24,911 nt of DNA, taken from assembly GCA_946006915.1 (NCBI GenBank), contig CAMFZK010000001.1, positions 1 through 24,911 of the forward strand, written 5' to 3'. The stretch's first letter is position 1. Each line of letters begins with the position of its first letter. The DNA comes from an uncultured Clostridia bacterium (GTDB lineage: Bacteria > Bacillota > Clostridia > Oscillospirales > Acutalibacteraceae). A program made the translations under genes and the position numbers. This document shows, one piece after another, positions 1 through 7,351 of the stretch. The notes below the pieces were generated by a model that did no database searches, was not told where the DNA came from, and saw nothing but the letters and a program-made list of their open reading frames with translations.

Positions 1-20
1 GAGATGTGTATAAGAGACAG
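1..20 (+). other. Untrimmed Nextera/Tn5 adapter (mosaic end); sequencing artefact, probably a contig start
   Basis: 2-20 is AGATGTGTATAAGAGACAG, the exact 19-bp Tn5 mosaic end. The preceding G matches the Nextera read-2 adapter (...CTCGG-AGATGTG...). Confidence 0.97.
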
Positions 21-29
21 TATTACAAG

Positions 30-58
30 TTGACAATTTAAAAAACATATAGTATAAT
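30..58 (+). promoter_or_regulatory. Sigma-A/70 promoter of the srtB-LCP-surface protein operon
   Basis: TTGACA (30-35), 17-bp spacer, TATAAT (53-58): perfect consensus. RBS GGAGG at 84-88 precedes ATG 95. Confidence 0.88.
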
Positions 59-94
59 CAATAAAGCAATATATTTTGCTTTTGGAGGCAATTT

Positions 95-850
95 ATGAAA
101 AAAAAAACTATTTGGACAATAGTTTTGGTAATCTGTTTGGGTGTAATTATTGCTTGTGCAGGTTATTTTATAAATTTGTATCTTGAAAGCCGAAAGATTG
201 AAAACCTGCGTGAAGATTTTTCGGTTTCTTCAAATAACACTTCCGAAGAAGAAAAAAGAACTGTTGAAATTCCGGTGAATTTTGCGGAGCTTAAAAAAGC
301 AAACCCGGATATTTACGCATGGATAACCATTCCCGAAGCAAATGTAGACTACCCGATTTTGCAAAGCGAAACCGATAATTCGTTTTATTTAACCCATACC
401 GTAAACGGGCAAAAATCGGTTTACGGCAGTATATATACGGAAAATTACAACGCTAAAGATTTTTCGGATTTCAACACCGTAGTTTATGGGCATAATATGA
501 AAAACGGCACTATGTTCGGCTCGCTAAAAAAATTTCGTGATGCAAGTTTCTTTAACCAAAACCGTTATATAACCGTTTATATGCCCGAAAGAATTTTAAA
601 ATATGAAATTTTTGCCGCCTGCATTTGGGATAATAAACACATTTTATTAAGCAGGGATTTTGAAAGCGATTTCAATAGGCAAACCTATTTGGAAGATATT
701 TTTGCGGTAAGGGATATAAATTCGCAAATAAAGAAAGATATCACAGTAACCGAAAAGGATAAAATCATAACTCTTTCTACCTGTATGAATGATAAAAGTA
801 AGCGATTTTTAGTTTTGGGAGTGTTAGTGTATGACAGTGACCTTGACTAA
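95..850 (+). CDS. srtB: Class B sortase
   Basis: N-terminal membrane anchor. SrtB-type motifs NPDIYAWITIP, DYPILQS.TDNSFYL and YGHNMKNGTMFGSL (His), ITLSTC (catalytic Cys) and KRFLVLG (Arg). Confidence 0.92.
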   Translation: MKKKTIWTIVLVICLGVIIACAGYFINLYLESRKIENLREDFSVSSNNTSEEEKRTVEIPVNFAELKKANPDIYAWITIPEANVDYPILQSETDNSFYLTHTVNGQKSVYGSIYTENYNAKDFSDFNTVVYGHNMKNGTMFGSLKKFRDASFFNQNRYITVYMPERILKYEIFAACIWDNKHILLSRDFESDFNRQTYLEDIFAVRDINSQIKKDITVTEKDKIITLSTCMNDKSKRFLVLGVLVYDSDLD

Positions 851-1826
851 ACTTAAAAAACCGCTTATAATAATAGGTGTTATCGGTTTACTGGTTTTAA
901 GTATTGTATTAAGTTATTTTATTATTCTTAAAATCGGTGAAAACCGTCTTCGTAATAAATTAAGTTATACCGATGATAAAATATCCTCGTCAGCATATGA
1001 TGAAGCCGAAGCGGACGCTTATTATAACGGAAATTCTTATTATTACAATAATGACCTTGTCAACATTCTTTTAATCGGTGTGGATAAGGACAGTATTAAG
1101 GATAAAAACAGCAAACAGGCCGATGCGGTTTTTTTGGTGTCCTTTAACCCTAAAGACAATACGGTAAATGTAACCGCCATCTCAAGAAACACCTTGGCAG
1201 ACATTGAAATTTACGATATGAACGGTGAATTTCTGGCTACCGAAAAAGCGCAAATTTGCCTTTCCTATGCTTACGGAAAAGATGCCGACGAATCTTCGTT
1301 ACTTACCTGTAAGGCAGTTTCGAGATTGTTATATAACATACCAATTAACGGATATTACACGGTTTATATGGATTCTATAGCCCAAATTGTGGATAGCGTA
1401 GGCGGGGTTACGGTTACCGTTCCCGAAGATTTGACCGACGTTTACAGCCATTGGAAAAAGGGCGCAACCGTTACTATAACCGGCAAAGACGCAATTGCTT
1501 ATTTAAGACACAGAAACGACCTAAGCGAAGAACGTCTTCAAAGACAAAAGCAGTTCATTTCCGCCTTTGCGGAATCGGCAAAAAGAGCGGTTTTAAAGGA
1601 TATTTCATTGCCGTTTAATATGTATAATAAATTAGCAAAAAATACCGTAACGAATGTTGACGTTACAAGTGCAGTATATCTTGCATCTGAAATTATAAAG
1701 GCGGATTTAAAAATTTTGCAAATCCCCGGCAGTGTTGGTTTTAAAGATGAAATTGAAACCTTCGAGCCAAACGAAACCGCCCTTTATGAACAAGTTTTGG
1801 ATGTTTTTTATAAAATAAAAAAATAA
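831..1826 (+). CDS. LCP (LytR-CpsA-Psr) family glycopolymer transferase
   Basis: Single N-terminal TM helix. LCP motifs NILLIGVD, QADAVFLV, AISRNT, ICLSYAYG, VDSVGGVTV, AYLRHR and ERLQRQ. GGGAG RBS at 817-821; overlaps srtB by 20 nt. Confidence 0.88.
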   Translation: MTVTLTKLKKPLIIIGVIGLLVLSIVLSYFIILKIGENRLRNKLSYTDDKISSSAYDEAEADAYYNGNSYYYNNDLVNILLIGVDKDSIKDKNSKQADAVFLVSFNPKDNTVNVTAISRNTLADIEIYDMNGEFLATEKAQICLSYAYGKDADESSLLTCKAVSRLLYNIPINGYYTVYMDSIAQIVDSVGGVTVTVPEDLTDVYSHWKKGATVTITGKDAIAYLRHRNDLSEERLQRQKQFISAFAESAKRAVLKDISLPFNMYNKLAKNTVTNVDVTSAVYLASEIIKADLKILQIPGSVGFKDEIETFEPNETALYEQVLDVFYKIKK

Positions 1827-1845
1827 TATTAAAAGGAGTAATATT

Positions 1846-2547
1846 ATGAAAAAATTATCAGCAATCTTATTAACACTCATTTTGGTTTTGGCATTGGGCA
1901 CAATGGCTGTTTCGGCAGAAAAGGCCAATTCACCCGAAGTTAAAGGCGTTGTTTCTTCAATCGAAGCAAAAGACAAAGCAGGAAGCACAGTTTCTCTTGA
2001 AATTGTTCCTATTGACGGTAAAGTTACAACCAACTTCCAAGGTGCTTTGAAAGACCTTAAAAAAGAAACAAATGACAACACCCTTAAAGTTGTAGGTCAG
2101 TACGATGTTAAAAAAATCGGCAACCCCGAATTTCCTGTAACCGTAACACTCGGCGTTTTGGGAATTTCGGAAAAATCCAAAGTATATATAATGATTGAAG
2201 AAGGAACTGTTCAACCCACCGCCGCTGCTGTAGACAGTAAGGTAATGGCATTAAATGCCGTTAACACAAGAGCATTAAGTGCAGTACAGAATTTGGCTGT
2301 AAACACCATCAACACTGCGGGTGTTAAAGTTTTGGAAACAACCGTTGTAGATAGCAAAGTTACCTTCACTCTTGAAAAACAAGTTAAGAGATTTTCTATC
2401 GTTGTAGACGGTACAACCGCACAAAATGTTGAAAAAGAAAACAGCATTACTTCTCCTCAAACCGGCAACAACACTGCCGCTATAGCAGTTACTGTTGTAT
2501 TCGCTTTAGTTGCCGCTGCTTTTGCTTTCAAAAAAGTTCGTGCATAA
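1846..2547 (+). CDS. Secreted, cell-wall-anchored protein of unknown function; putative SrtB substrate
   Basis: Signal peptide MKKL...AVSA. C-terminal SPQTG (nt 2452-2466), then a hydrophobic helix and a basic tail (KKVRA). AAGGAG RBS upstream. Confidence 0.85.
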   Translation: MKKLSAILLTLILVLALGTMAVSAEKANSPEVKGVVSSIEAKDKAGSTVSLEIVPIDGKVTTNFQGALKDLKKETNDNTLKVVGQYDVKKIGNPEFPVTVTLGVLGISEKSKVYIMIEEGTVQPTAAAVDSKVMALNAVNTRALSAVQNLAVNTINTAGVKVLETTVVDSKVTFTLEKQVKRFSIVVDGTTAQNVEKENSITSPQTGNNTAAIAVTVVFALVAAAFAFKKVRA

Positions 2548-2571
2548 TTAAAGTTTAAACTCAAATGAATC

Positions 2572-2608
2572 AGAAAGGGCTTTCGATTAGGTCGAAAGTC
2601 CTTTCTTT
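2572..2608 (+). terminator. Rho-independent terminator after the sortase module
   Basis: 15-bp stem AGAAAGGGCTTTCGA (2572-2586) / TCGAAAGTCCTTTCT (2592-2606) with one G.U pair and a 5-nt loop, ending in a T-rich tail. Confidence 0.8.
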
Positions 2609-2717
2609 AAATCAAAATTGGGGCGGAAAACCGTTATAAATTAAGTCTTTATAGCCGTTTTCGTTAATTTTTACATTTAAAAACTACATATTTCGCTAAA
2701 ATTATATATATTTGTAC

Positions 2718-2735
2718 TTGTTAAATCTATCACAA
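2718..2735. promoter_or_regulatory. Rex-like operator 1, overlapping the -35 box
   Basis: TTGTTAA-ATCT-ATCACAA: 18-bp imperfect palindrome matching the Rex consensus TTGT(G/T)AA-N4-TT(C/A)ACAA with one mismatch. Confidence 0.7.
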
Positions 2736-2746
2736 TATGGTATAAT
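2718..2746 (+). promoter_or_regulatory. Sigma-A promoter of the mdh-hdr-flx-frd-fum operon
   Basis: TTGTTA (2718-2723), 17-bp spacer, TATAAT (2741-2746) with extended -10 TG at 2738-2739. Confidence 0.75.
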
Positions 2747-2760
2747 ATATATTCGGTAAA

Positions 2761-2778
2761 ATGTTAAAATTTTAACAA
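2761..2778. promoter_or_regulatory. Rex-like operator 2, between the predicted transcription start and the RBS
   Basis: ATGTTAA-AATT-TTAACAA. It contains a perfect 16-bp palindrome (2762-2777) and differs by one base from TTGTTAA-N4-TTAACAA. Confidence 0.75.
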
Positions 2779-2794
2779 AGAAAGGAAAATATCA

Positions 2795-3742
2795 ATGGGC
2801 AGAAAAATTACTATTATCGGTGCAGGCAGCGTAGGTGCTACTATTGCATACGCATTATCTTTTACGGATATTGCTTCGGAAATTGTTTTGTTGGACATTA
2901 ACAAAGAAAAGGTTGAAGGCGAGGTTATGGATATTAACCAAGGTACCGCTTTCAGAGCGCCTATTTCTTTTGTTGCAGGCGAATATGAGGACGCAAAAGG
3001 TTCGGACATTGTAATCATCACTTCGGGTATTGCAAGAAAACCCGGTCAAACCAGAATTGAACTTACACAAACCAATGTTGAAATTCTTAAAAGCATCACT
3101 CCGAATATCGTTAAGGTTTGTCCGGACTCACTTTACATAATAGTAAGCAACCCTGTTGATATTATGACCTATGTATTTACAAAAATTTCGGGCATTCCCG
3201 AAAAACAAATTATCGGTTCGGGTACACTTTTGGATACTGCACGCCTTCGTTGCGGTATGTCAAAACATTTTGATGTTGCCCAAAACAATATTCACGCTTA
3301 CGTTTTCGGTGAACACGGTGACACTTCGTTCATTCCGTGGTCGGCGGCGTATATTTCGGGCGTATCTTTAGAAGAATACGAAAAACTTATGAAAGAAAAG
3401 GTAGCCGGCTTCCCCGATTTTAATAAAGACGATATGTATACCTACGTTCGCACTTCGGGCGGTGAAATTATCAACAAAAAAGGTGCTACATATTACGCAG
3501 TATCTACCTCTGTTTGCAACCTTTGCAGTATTCTTTGCGCTTCTAACGATTCTATTACAACCGTTTCCACAATGATGCACGGCGAATACGGTATTGAAGA
3601 TGTATGTTTAAGCACATTAACCCTTTTAGGACCTAACGGTGCACAGGGTAAAGTGCCTATGCGTCTTACCGATGAAGAAGTAGCAAAATTAAAGCACAGT
3701 GCCGACTCACTTAAAAATGTTATTTCTCAAATCAAATTATAA
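2795..3742 (+). CDS. mdh: LDH/MDH-family dehydrogenase, probably NADH-dependent malate dehydrogenase
   Basis: GAGSVG Rossmann motif with the NAD-type Asp (LLDIN), NPVD, LDTAR and GEHGD catalytic motifs. The substrate loop GIARKPGQTR has Arg at LDH position 102 (malate type) rather than Gln. It sits in an operon with fumarase and fumarate reductase. Confidence 0.8.
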   Translation: MGRKITIIGAGSVGATIAYALSFTDIASEIVLLDINKEKVEGEVMDINQGTAFRAPISFVAGEYEDAKGSDIVIITSGIARKPGQTRIELTQTNVEILKSITPNIVKVCPDSLYIIVSNPVDIMTYVFTKISGIPEKQIIGSGTLLDTARLRCGMSKHFDVAQNNIHAYVFGEHGDTSFIPWSAAYISGVSLEEYEKLMKEKVAGFPDFNKDDMYTYVRTSGGEIINKKGATYYAVSTSVCNLCSILCASNDSITTVSTMMHGEYGIEDVCLSTLTLLGPNGAQGKVPMRLTDEEVAKLKHSADSLKNVISQIKL

Positions 3743-3762
3743 TACATATAGGAGTATGTAAA

Positions 3763-4542
3763 ATGAAGTACAGTTATTATCCGGGTTGTACCCTAAAAAC
3801 AAAAGCAAAAGATTTGGATATGTACGCACGGCTTTCGGCAAAAGAATTGGGCTTTGAATTGGAAGAAATTGAAAACTGGCAATGTTGCGGCGGTGTTTAT
3901 CCGCTGGGTGCTGACGAAATCGGTTCTAAACTTTCTTCGGTTCGTGCGCTTAACTACGCTAAAGAAAAGGGGCAGGATTTAGTAACCCTTTGTTCGGCTT
4001 GCCACCACGTTATTAAGCGTGTTAATGACGATATAAAGAATGTGGAAGATATTAGAAACCGTGCTAATAACTATATGAAGTTGGAAGAACCCTATGCGGG
4101 TGAAACCGAAGTGCTGCACTTTTTGGAAGTACTTCGTGACCGAGTTGGGTTTGATAATTTGAAAAAAGCGGTTAAAAAGCCCTTAACCGGCAGAAAAATT
4201 GCGGCATATTATGGTTGTCTGCTTTTAAGACCCAGCAAGGTTTTAGCGTTTGATAATCCCGAAAACCCCACAATTATTGAAGATTTTATAAAAGCAATCG
4301 GGGCTACCCCGGTTGTATACCCTTACCGTAACGAATGTTGCGGCGGCTATATTTCACTTAAAGACGGCGAAAAAGCACAAAATATGTGCGAAAAAATAAT
4401 GGAAAGTGCAAGCGGTTTCGGCGCAGAAATGCTTATTACCGCCTGTCCGCTTTGTCTTTACAATCTTAACAAATGCGGAAAGTTGCCGGTAGTTTACTTT
4501 ACCGAACTTTTGGCAGAAGCATTAGGAATAAAGGAGGATTAG
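3763..4542 (+). CDS. hdrB: Heterodisulfide reductase subunit B-like protein (two CCG domains)
   Basis: YYPGC...CCGG...CSAC and YYGC...CCGG...CPLC: all ten Cys that ligate the two non-cubane [4Fe-4S] clusters. Confidence 0.92.
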   Translation: MKYSYYPGCTLKTKAKDLDMYARLSAKELGFELEEIENWQCCGGVYPLGADEIGSKLSSVRALNYAKEKGQDLVTLCSACHHVIKRVNDDIKNVEDIRNRANNYMKLEEPYAGETEVLHFLEVLRDRVGFDNLKKAVKKPLTGRKIAAYYGCLLLRPSKVLAFDNPENPTIIEDFIKAIGATPVVYPYRNECCGGYISLKDGEKAQNMCEKIMESASGFGAEMLITACPLCLYNLNKCGKLPVVYFTELLAEALGIKED

Positions 4543-4543
4543 T

Positions 4544-4930
4544 ATGAGTACCGTGAATAAAGCGGAGTTGATTAAAGAAATCAGCGGTGTTAATCCGCTT
4601 AAATGTATGAAGTGCGGTAAGTGTTCCGCTTCCTGTCCTTCTTTTAACGAAATGGATATTAAACCCCATCAGTTTGTGTCTTATGTGGTAAACGGCGATA
4701 TTGAAGCGCTCGTAAATTCGGCATCGCTTACTAAATGCCTTTCCTGTTTTGCCTGTATAGAGCGTTGCCCCCGTGACGTTAAACCCGCAAAACTTATCGA
4801 TGCGGCAAGACAGCTTGTTATAAGACAAAAAGGTGAAACTATGTTGTCACCCAATGAAATTCCCGAACTTTTAGACCCCGAAACACCCCAACAGTTGTTG
4901 GTAAGTGCATTCAGAAGATACAGGAGGTGA
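4544..4930 (+). CDS. hdrC: Heterodisulfide reductase subunit C-like 2x[4Fe-4S] protein (short)
   Basis: CMKCGKCSASCP and CLSCFACIERCP; lies between hdrB and hdrA. Confidence 0.88.
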   Translation: MSTVNKAELIKEISGVNPLKCMKCGKCSASCPSFNEMDIKPHQFVSYVVNGDIEALVNSASLTKCLSCFACIERCPRDVKPAKLIDAARQLVIRQKGETMLSPNEIPELLDPETPQQLLVSAFRRYRR

Positions 4931-4934
4931 GAGT

Positions 4935-6923
4935 ATGCAAAGAATAGGTGTATTTGTATGTCACTGCGGAAGTAACATCGCCGCTACGGTTGACGTTAAA
5001 AAAGTCGTAGAAATGGTTAAAACCGAACCCGGCGTTATCCATGCGGAAGATTATCAGTATATGTGTTCCGAAGCCGGTCAGGCAAAAATTATTGAAGCCG
5101 TAAAAGAACATAAATTAAACGGTCTTGTTGTTTGCTCCTGCTCTCCCCGTATGCACGAGGCAACCTTCCGTAAATGTGCCGAAAGAGCCGGCATAAACCC
5201 TTATATGGTGGAAATTGCCAACATTCGTGAACACTGTTCTTGGATACATAAGGATATGGACGAGGCAACCGAAAAAGCCGTTATTTTGGCACGTGCCGCT
5301 ATTGCAAAGGTTAACCTTAACGCTCCCTTGCAAGCAGGCGAAAGCGGTGTTGTTAAACGTGCGCTGGTAATAGGCGGCGGTATTGCGGGTATTCAAACCG
5401 CACTTGACATTGCCGATGCGGGTTTCCCGGTTGACATTGTTGAAAAAGAACCCAGTATAGGCGGAAGAATGTCACAACTTGACAAAACTTTCCCCACACT
5501 TGACTGTTCGGCGTGTATTTTAACCCCTAAAATGGTTGAAGCGGCCGCTCATCCCAATATCACAATTCACACCTACAGTGAAGTTGAAAATGTTTCCGGT
5601 TTTGTGGGCAACTTTACGGTTGAAATCCGCAAAAAAGCAAGAAGCATTGATATGGATAAATGTACAGGTTGCGGACTTTGTCAGGAAAAATGCCCGATGA
5701 AGAAAACCCCCAGCGAGTTTAACCGCGGACTTGGAAACAGAAGTGCAATTTACACACCTTTTGCACAGGCAATTCCGAATGTTCCGGTTATTGACCGTAA
5801 CGCCTGTCTTAAATTTAAAACCGGCAAATGCGGTATTTGTTCAACCGTTTGTGCCGCAGGCGCTATTGACTATACCCAGGTTGACACAATGGTAACCGAA
5901 AAATACGGTGCTATTGTTGTTGCAACCGGTTTTGATATGATTAAACTTGATAAGTATGACGAATACGCATACTCACAAAGCAAGGACGTTATTACTTCTT
6001 TGGAATTAGAGCGTGTTATGAACGCCGCAGGTCCTACAAAGGGACATCTTGAACGGCTTTCGGACGGTAAAGCACCTAAAGAAATAGTATTTATTCAATG
6101 TGTCGGCTCCCGTTGTGCGGACGGCAGAGGAAAGGGTTACTGCTCTAAAATTTGCTGTATGTATACCGCAAAACACGCAATGCTTATCCGTGATAAATAC
6201 CCCGATGTTAATGTAACGGTGTTTTATATTGACGTTCGTACTCCCGGTAAGAACTTTGACGAATTTTACCGCCGTGCAGTTGAAAATTACGGTGTAAATT
6301 ATGTTAAAGGTCAGGTTGGTAAGGTAATTCCGCAGCCAGACGGAAAACTTTTGGTTCAAGGTGTAGATTTAATAGATAACAAGCAAATTCTGAAGGAAGC
6401 CGATATGGTAGTGCTTGCCGCCGCTATTGAGCCAAACCCCGACGTTAGAAAGATTGCTACAATGTTGACCGCAAGTATTGATAACGACAACTTCTTAACC
6501 GAAGCACACGCAAAATTGCGTCCTGTTGAATCACCTACTGCCGGTATTTTCCTTTCGGGTGTTTGCCAAGGACCTAAAGACATTCCCGAAACGGTAGCAC
6601 AGGCAGGTGCGGCAGCAGTTAAGGCAATCGGTCTTTTGGCTAAAGATAAACTTATGACCAACCCCTGTACCGCTAAATCGGACGAACTTTTGTGTAACGG
6701 TTGTTCAAAATGTGCCAATGTTTGTCCTTACGGCGCAATTTCTTACGAAGTTAAGGAAATTAACGACCACGGTATAAGAGAAACCAGAAGAGTAGCACAG
6801 GTTAATAACGCACTCTGTCAAGGTTGCGGTGCTTGTACCGTTGCCTGTCCTTCGGGCGCTATGGACTTGCAGGGCTTCTCTAACAGACAGATTATAGCGG
6901 AGGTAGATGCAATATGCCGATAA
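4935..6923 (+). CDS. hdrA: Heterodisulfide reductase subunit A (FAD, multiple [4Fe-4S]; electron-bifurcating subunit)
   Basis: FVCHCG, CSCSPR and NIREHCSW N-terminal domain; VIGGGIAG FAD motif; KTFPTLDCSAC; inserted and C-terminal ferredoxin motifs; FIQCVGSR...CSKICCMY. Start moved from 4905 to ATG 4935, which follows GGAGGTGA (4923-4930). Confidence 0.95.
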   Translation: MQRIGVFVCHCGSNIAATVDVKKVVEMVKTEPGVIHAEDYQYMCSEAGQAKIIEAVKEHKLNGLVVCSCSPRMHEATFRKCAERAGINPYMVEIANIREHCSWIHKDMDEATEKAVILARAAIAKVNLNAPLQAGESGVVKRALVIGGGIAGIQTALDIADAGFPVDIVEKEPSIGGRMSQLDKTFPTLDCSACILTPKMVEAAAHPNITIHTYSEVENVSGFVGNFTVEIRKKARSIDMDKCTGCGLCQEKCPMKKTPSEFNRGLGNRSAIYTPFAQAIPNVPVIDRNACLKFKTGKCGICSTVCAAGAIDYTQVDTMVTEKYGAIVVATGFDMIKLDKYDEYAYSQSKDVITSLELERVMNAAGPTKGHLERLSDGKAPKEIVFIQCVGSRCADGRGKGYCSKICCMYTAKHAMLIRDKYPDVNVTVFYIDVRTPGKNFDEFYRRAVENYGVNYVKGQVGKVIPQPDGKLLVQGVDLIDNKQILKEADMVVLAAAIEPNPDVRKIATMLTASIDNDNFLTEAHAKLRPVESPTAGIFLSGVCQGPKDIPETVAQAGAAAVKAIGLLAKDKLMTNPCTAKSDELLCNGCSKCANVCPYGAISYEVKEINDHGIRETRRVAQVNNALCQGCGACTVACPSGAMDLQGFSNRQIIAEVDAICR

Positions 6924-7351
6924 ATAAAGAATTTAAACCGAAAATTGTTGCCTTTTGCTGTAACTGGTGCTCTTATGCAGGTGCAGATTTAGCAGGAAGC
7001 AGCCGTCTTGCTTATCCGGCAGACGTTAAAATTATTAAGGTGCCTTGTTCTTGCCGTGTAAACCCAATGTTTATTCTCCGTGCATTTGAAAAAGGTGCAG
7101 ACGGTGTTATAATGTGCGGTTGCCACCCCGGTGACTGCCACTATTCAACCGGTAACTACTATGCCCGCAGAAGAATGACCTTGCTTTTCTCAATGCTTGA
7201 CTATATGGGTGTTGAAAACGGCAGAACCCGTGTTGAATGGGTATCTGCGGCAGAGGGTGTTAAATTTTCTACTACAATGAACGAATTTGTAGAAAAGATT
7301 TATTCACTCGGTGAAAATGTAAGATTGGGGGATTTAAGATGCAAAAAATAG
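6914..7351 (+). CDS. flxD: MvhD-type [2Fe-2S] adaptor subunit (FlxD)
   Basis: FCCNWCSYAGADLAG, PCSCRV and GCHPGDCHY are MvhD/FlxD hallmarks; overlaps the hdrA stop by 10 nt. Confidence 0.9.
   Translation: MPINKEFKPKIVAFCCNWCSYAGADLAGSSRLAYPADVKIIKVPCSCRVNPMFILRAFEKGADGVIMCGCHPGDCHYSTGNYYARRRMTLLFSMLDYMGVENGRTRVEWVSAAEGVKFSTTMNEFVEKIYSLGENVRLGDLRCKK

Noticed and set aside
1-20. Tn5/IS50 transposon end as a real mobile element
   Set aside because: It is the engineered hyperactive mosaic end with the Nextera flanking base, at the sequence edge, with no transposase or second end.
4905-4934. Longer ORF-track starts for hdrA (4905), frdA (10809) and the GT4 (18500)
   Set aside because: Strong RBSs sit just upstream of ATG 4935, 10893 and 18521. 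For hdrA and frdA the extensions also overlap the upstream gene.
3763-7351. Methanogenesis or sulfate-reduction marker
   Set aside because: No mcr, dsr, CoM/CoB or hydrogenase genes are present, and the sortase, LCP and sigma-A context is clostridial.
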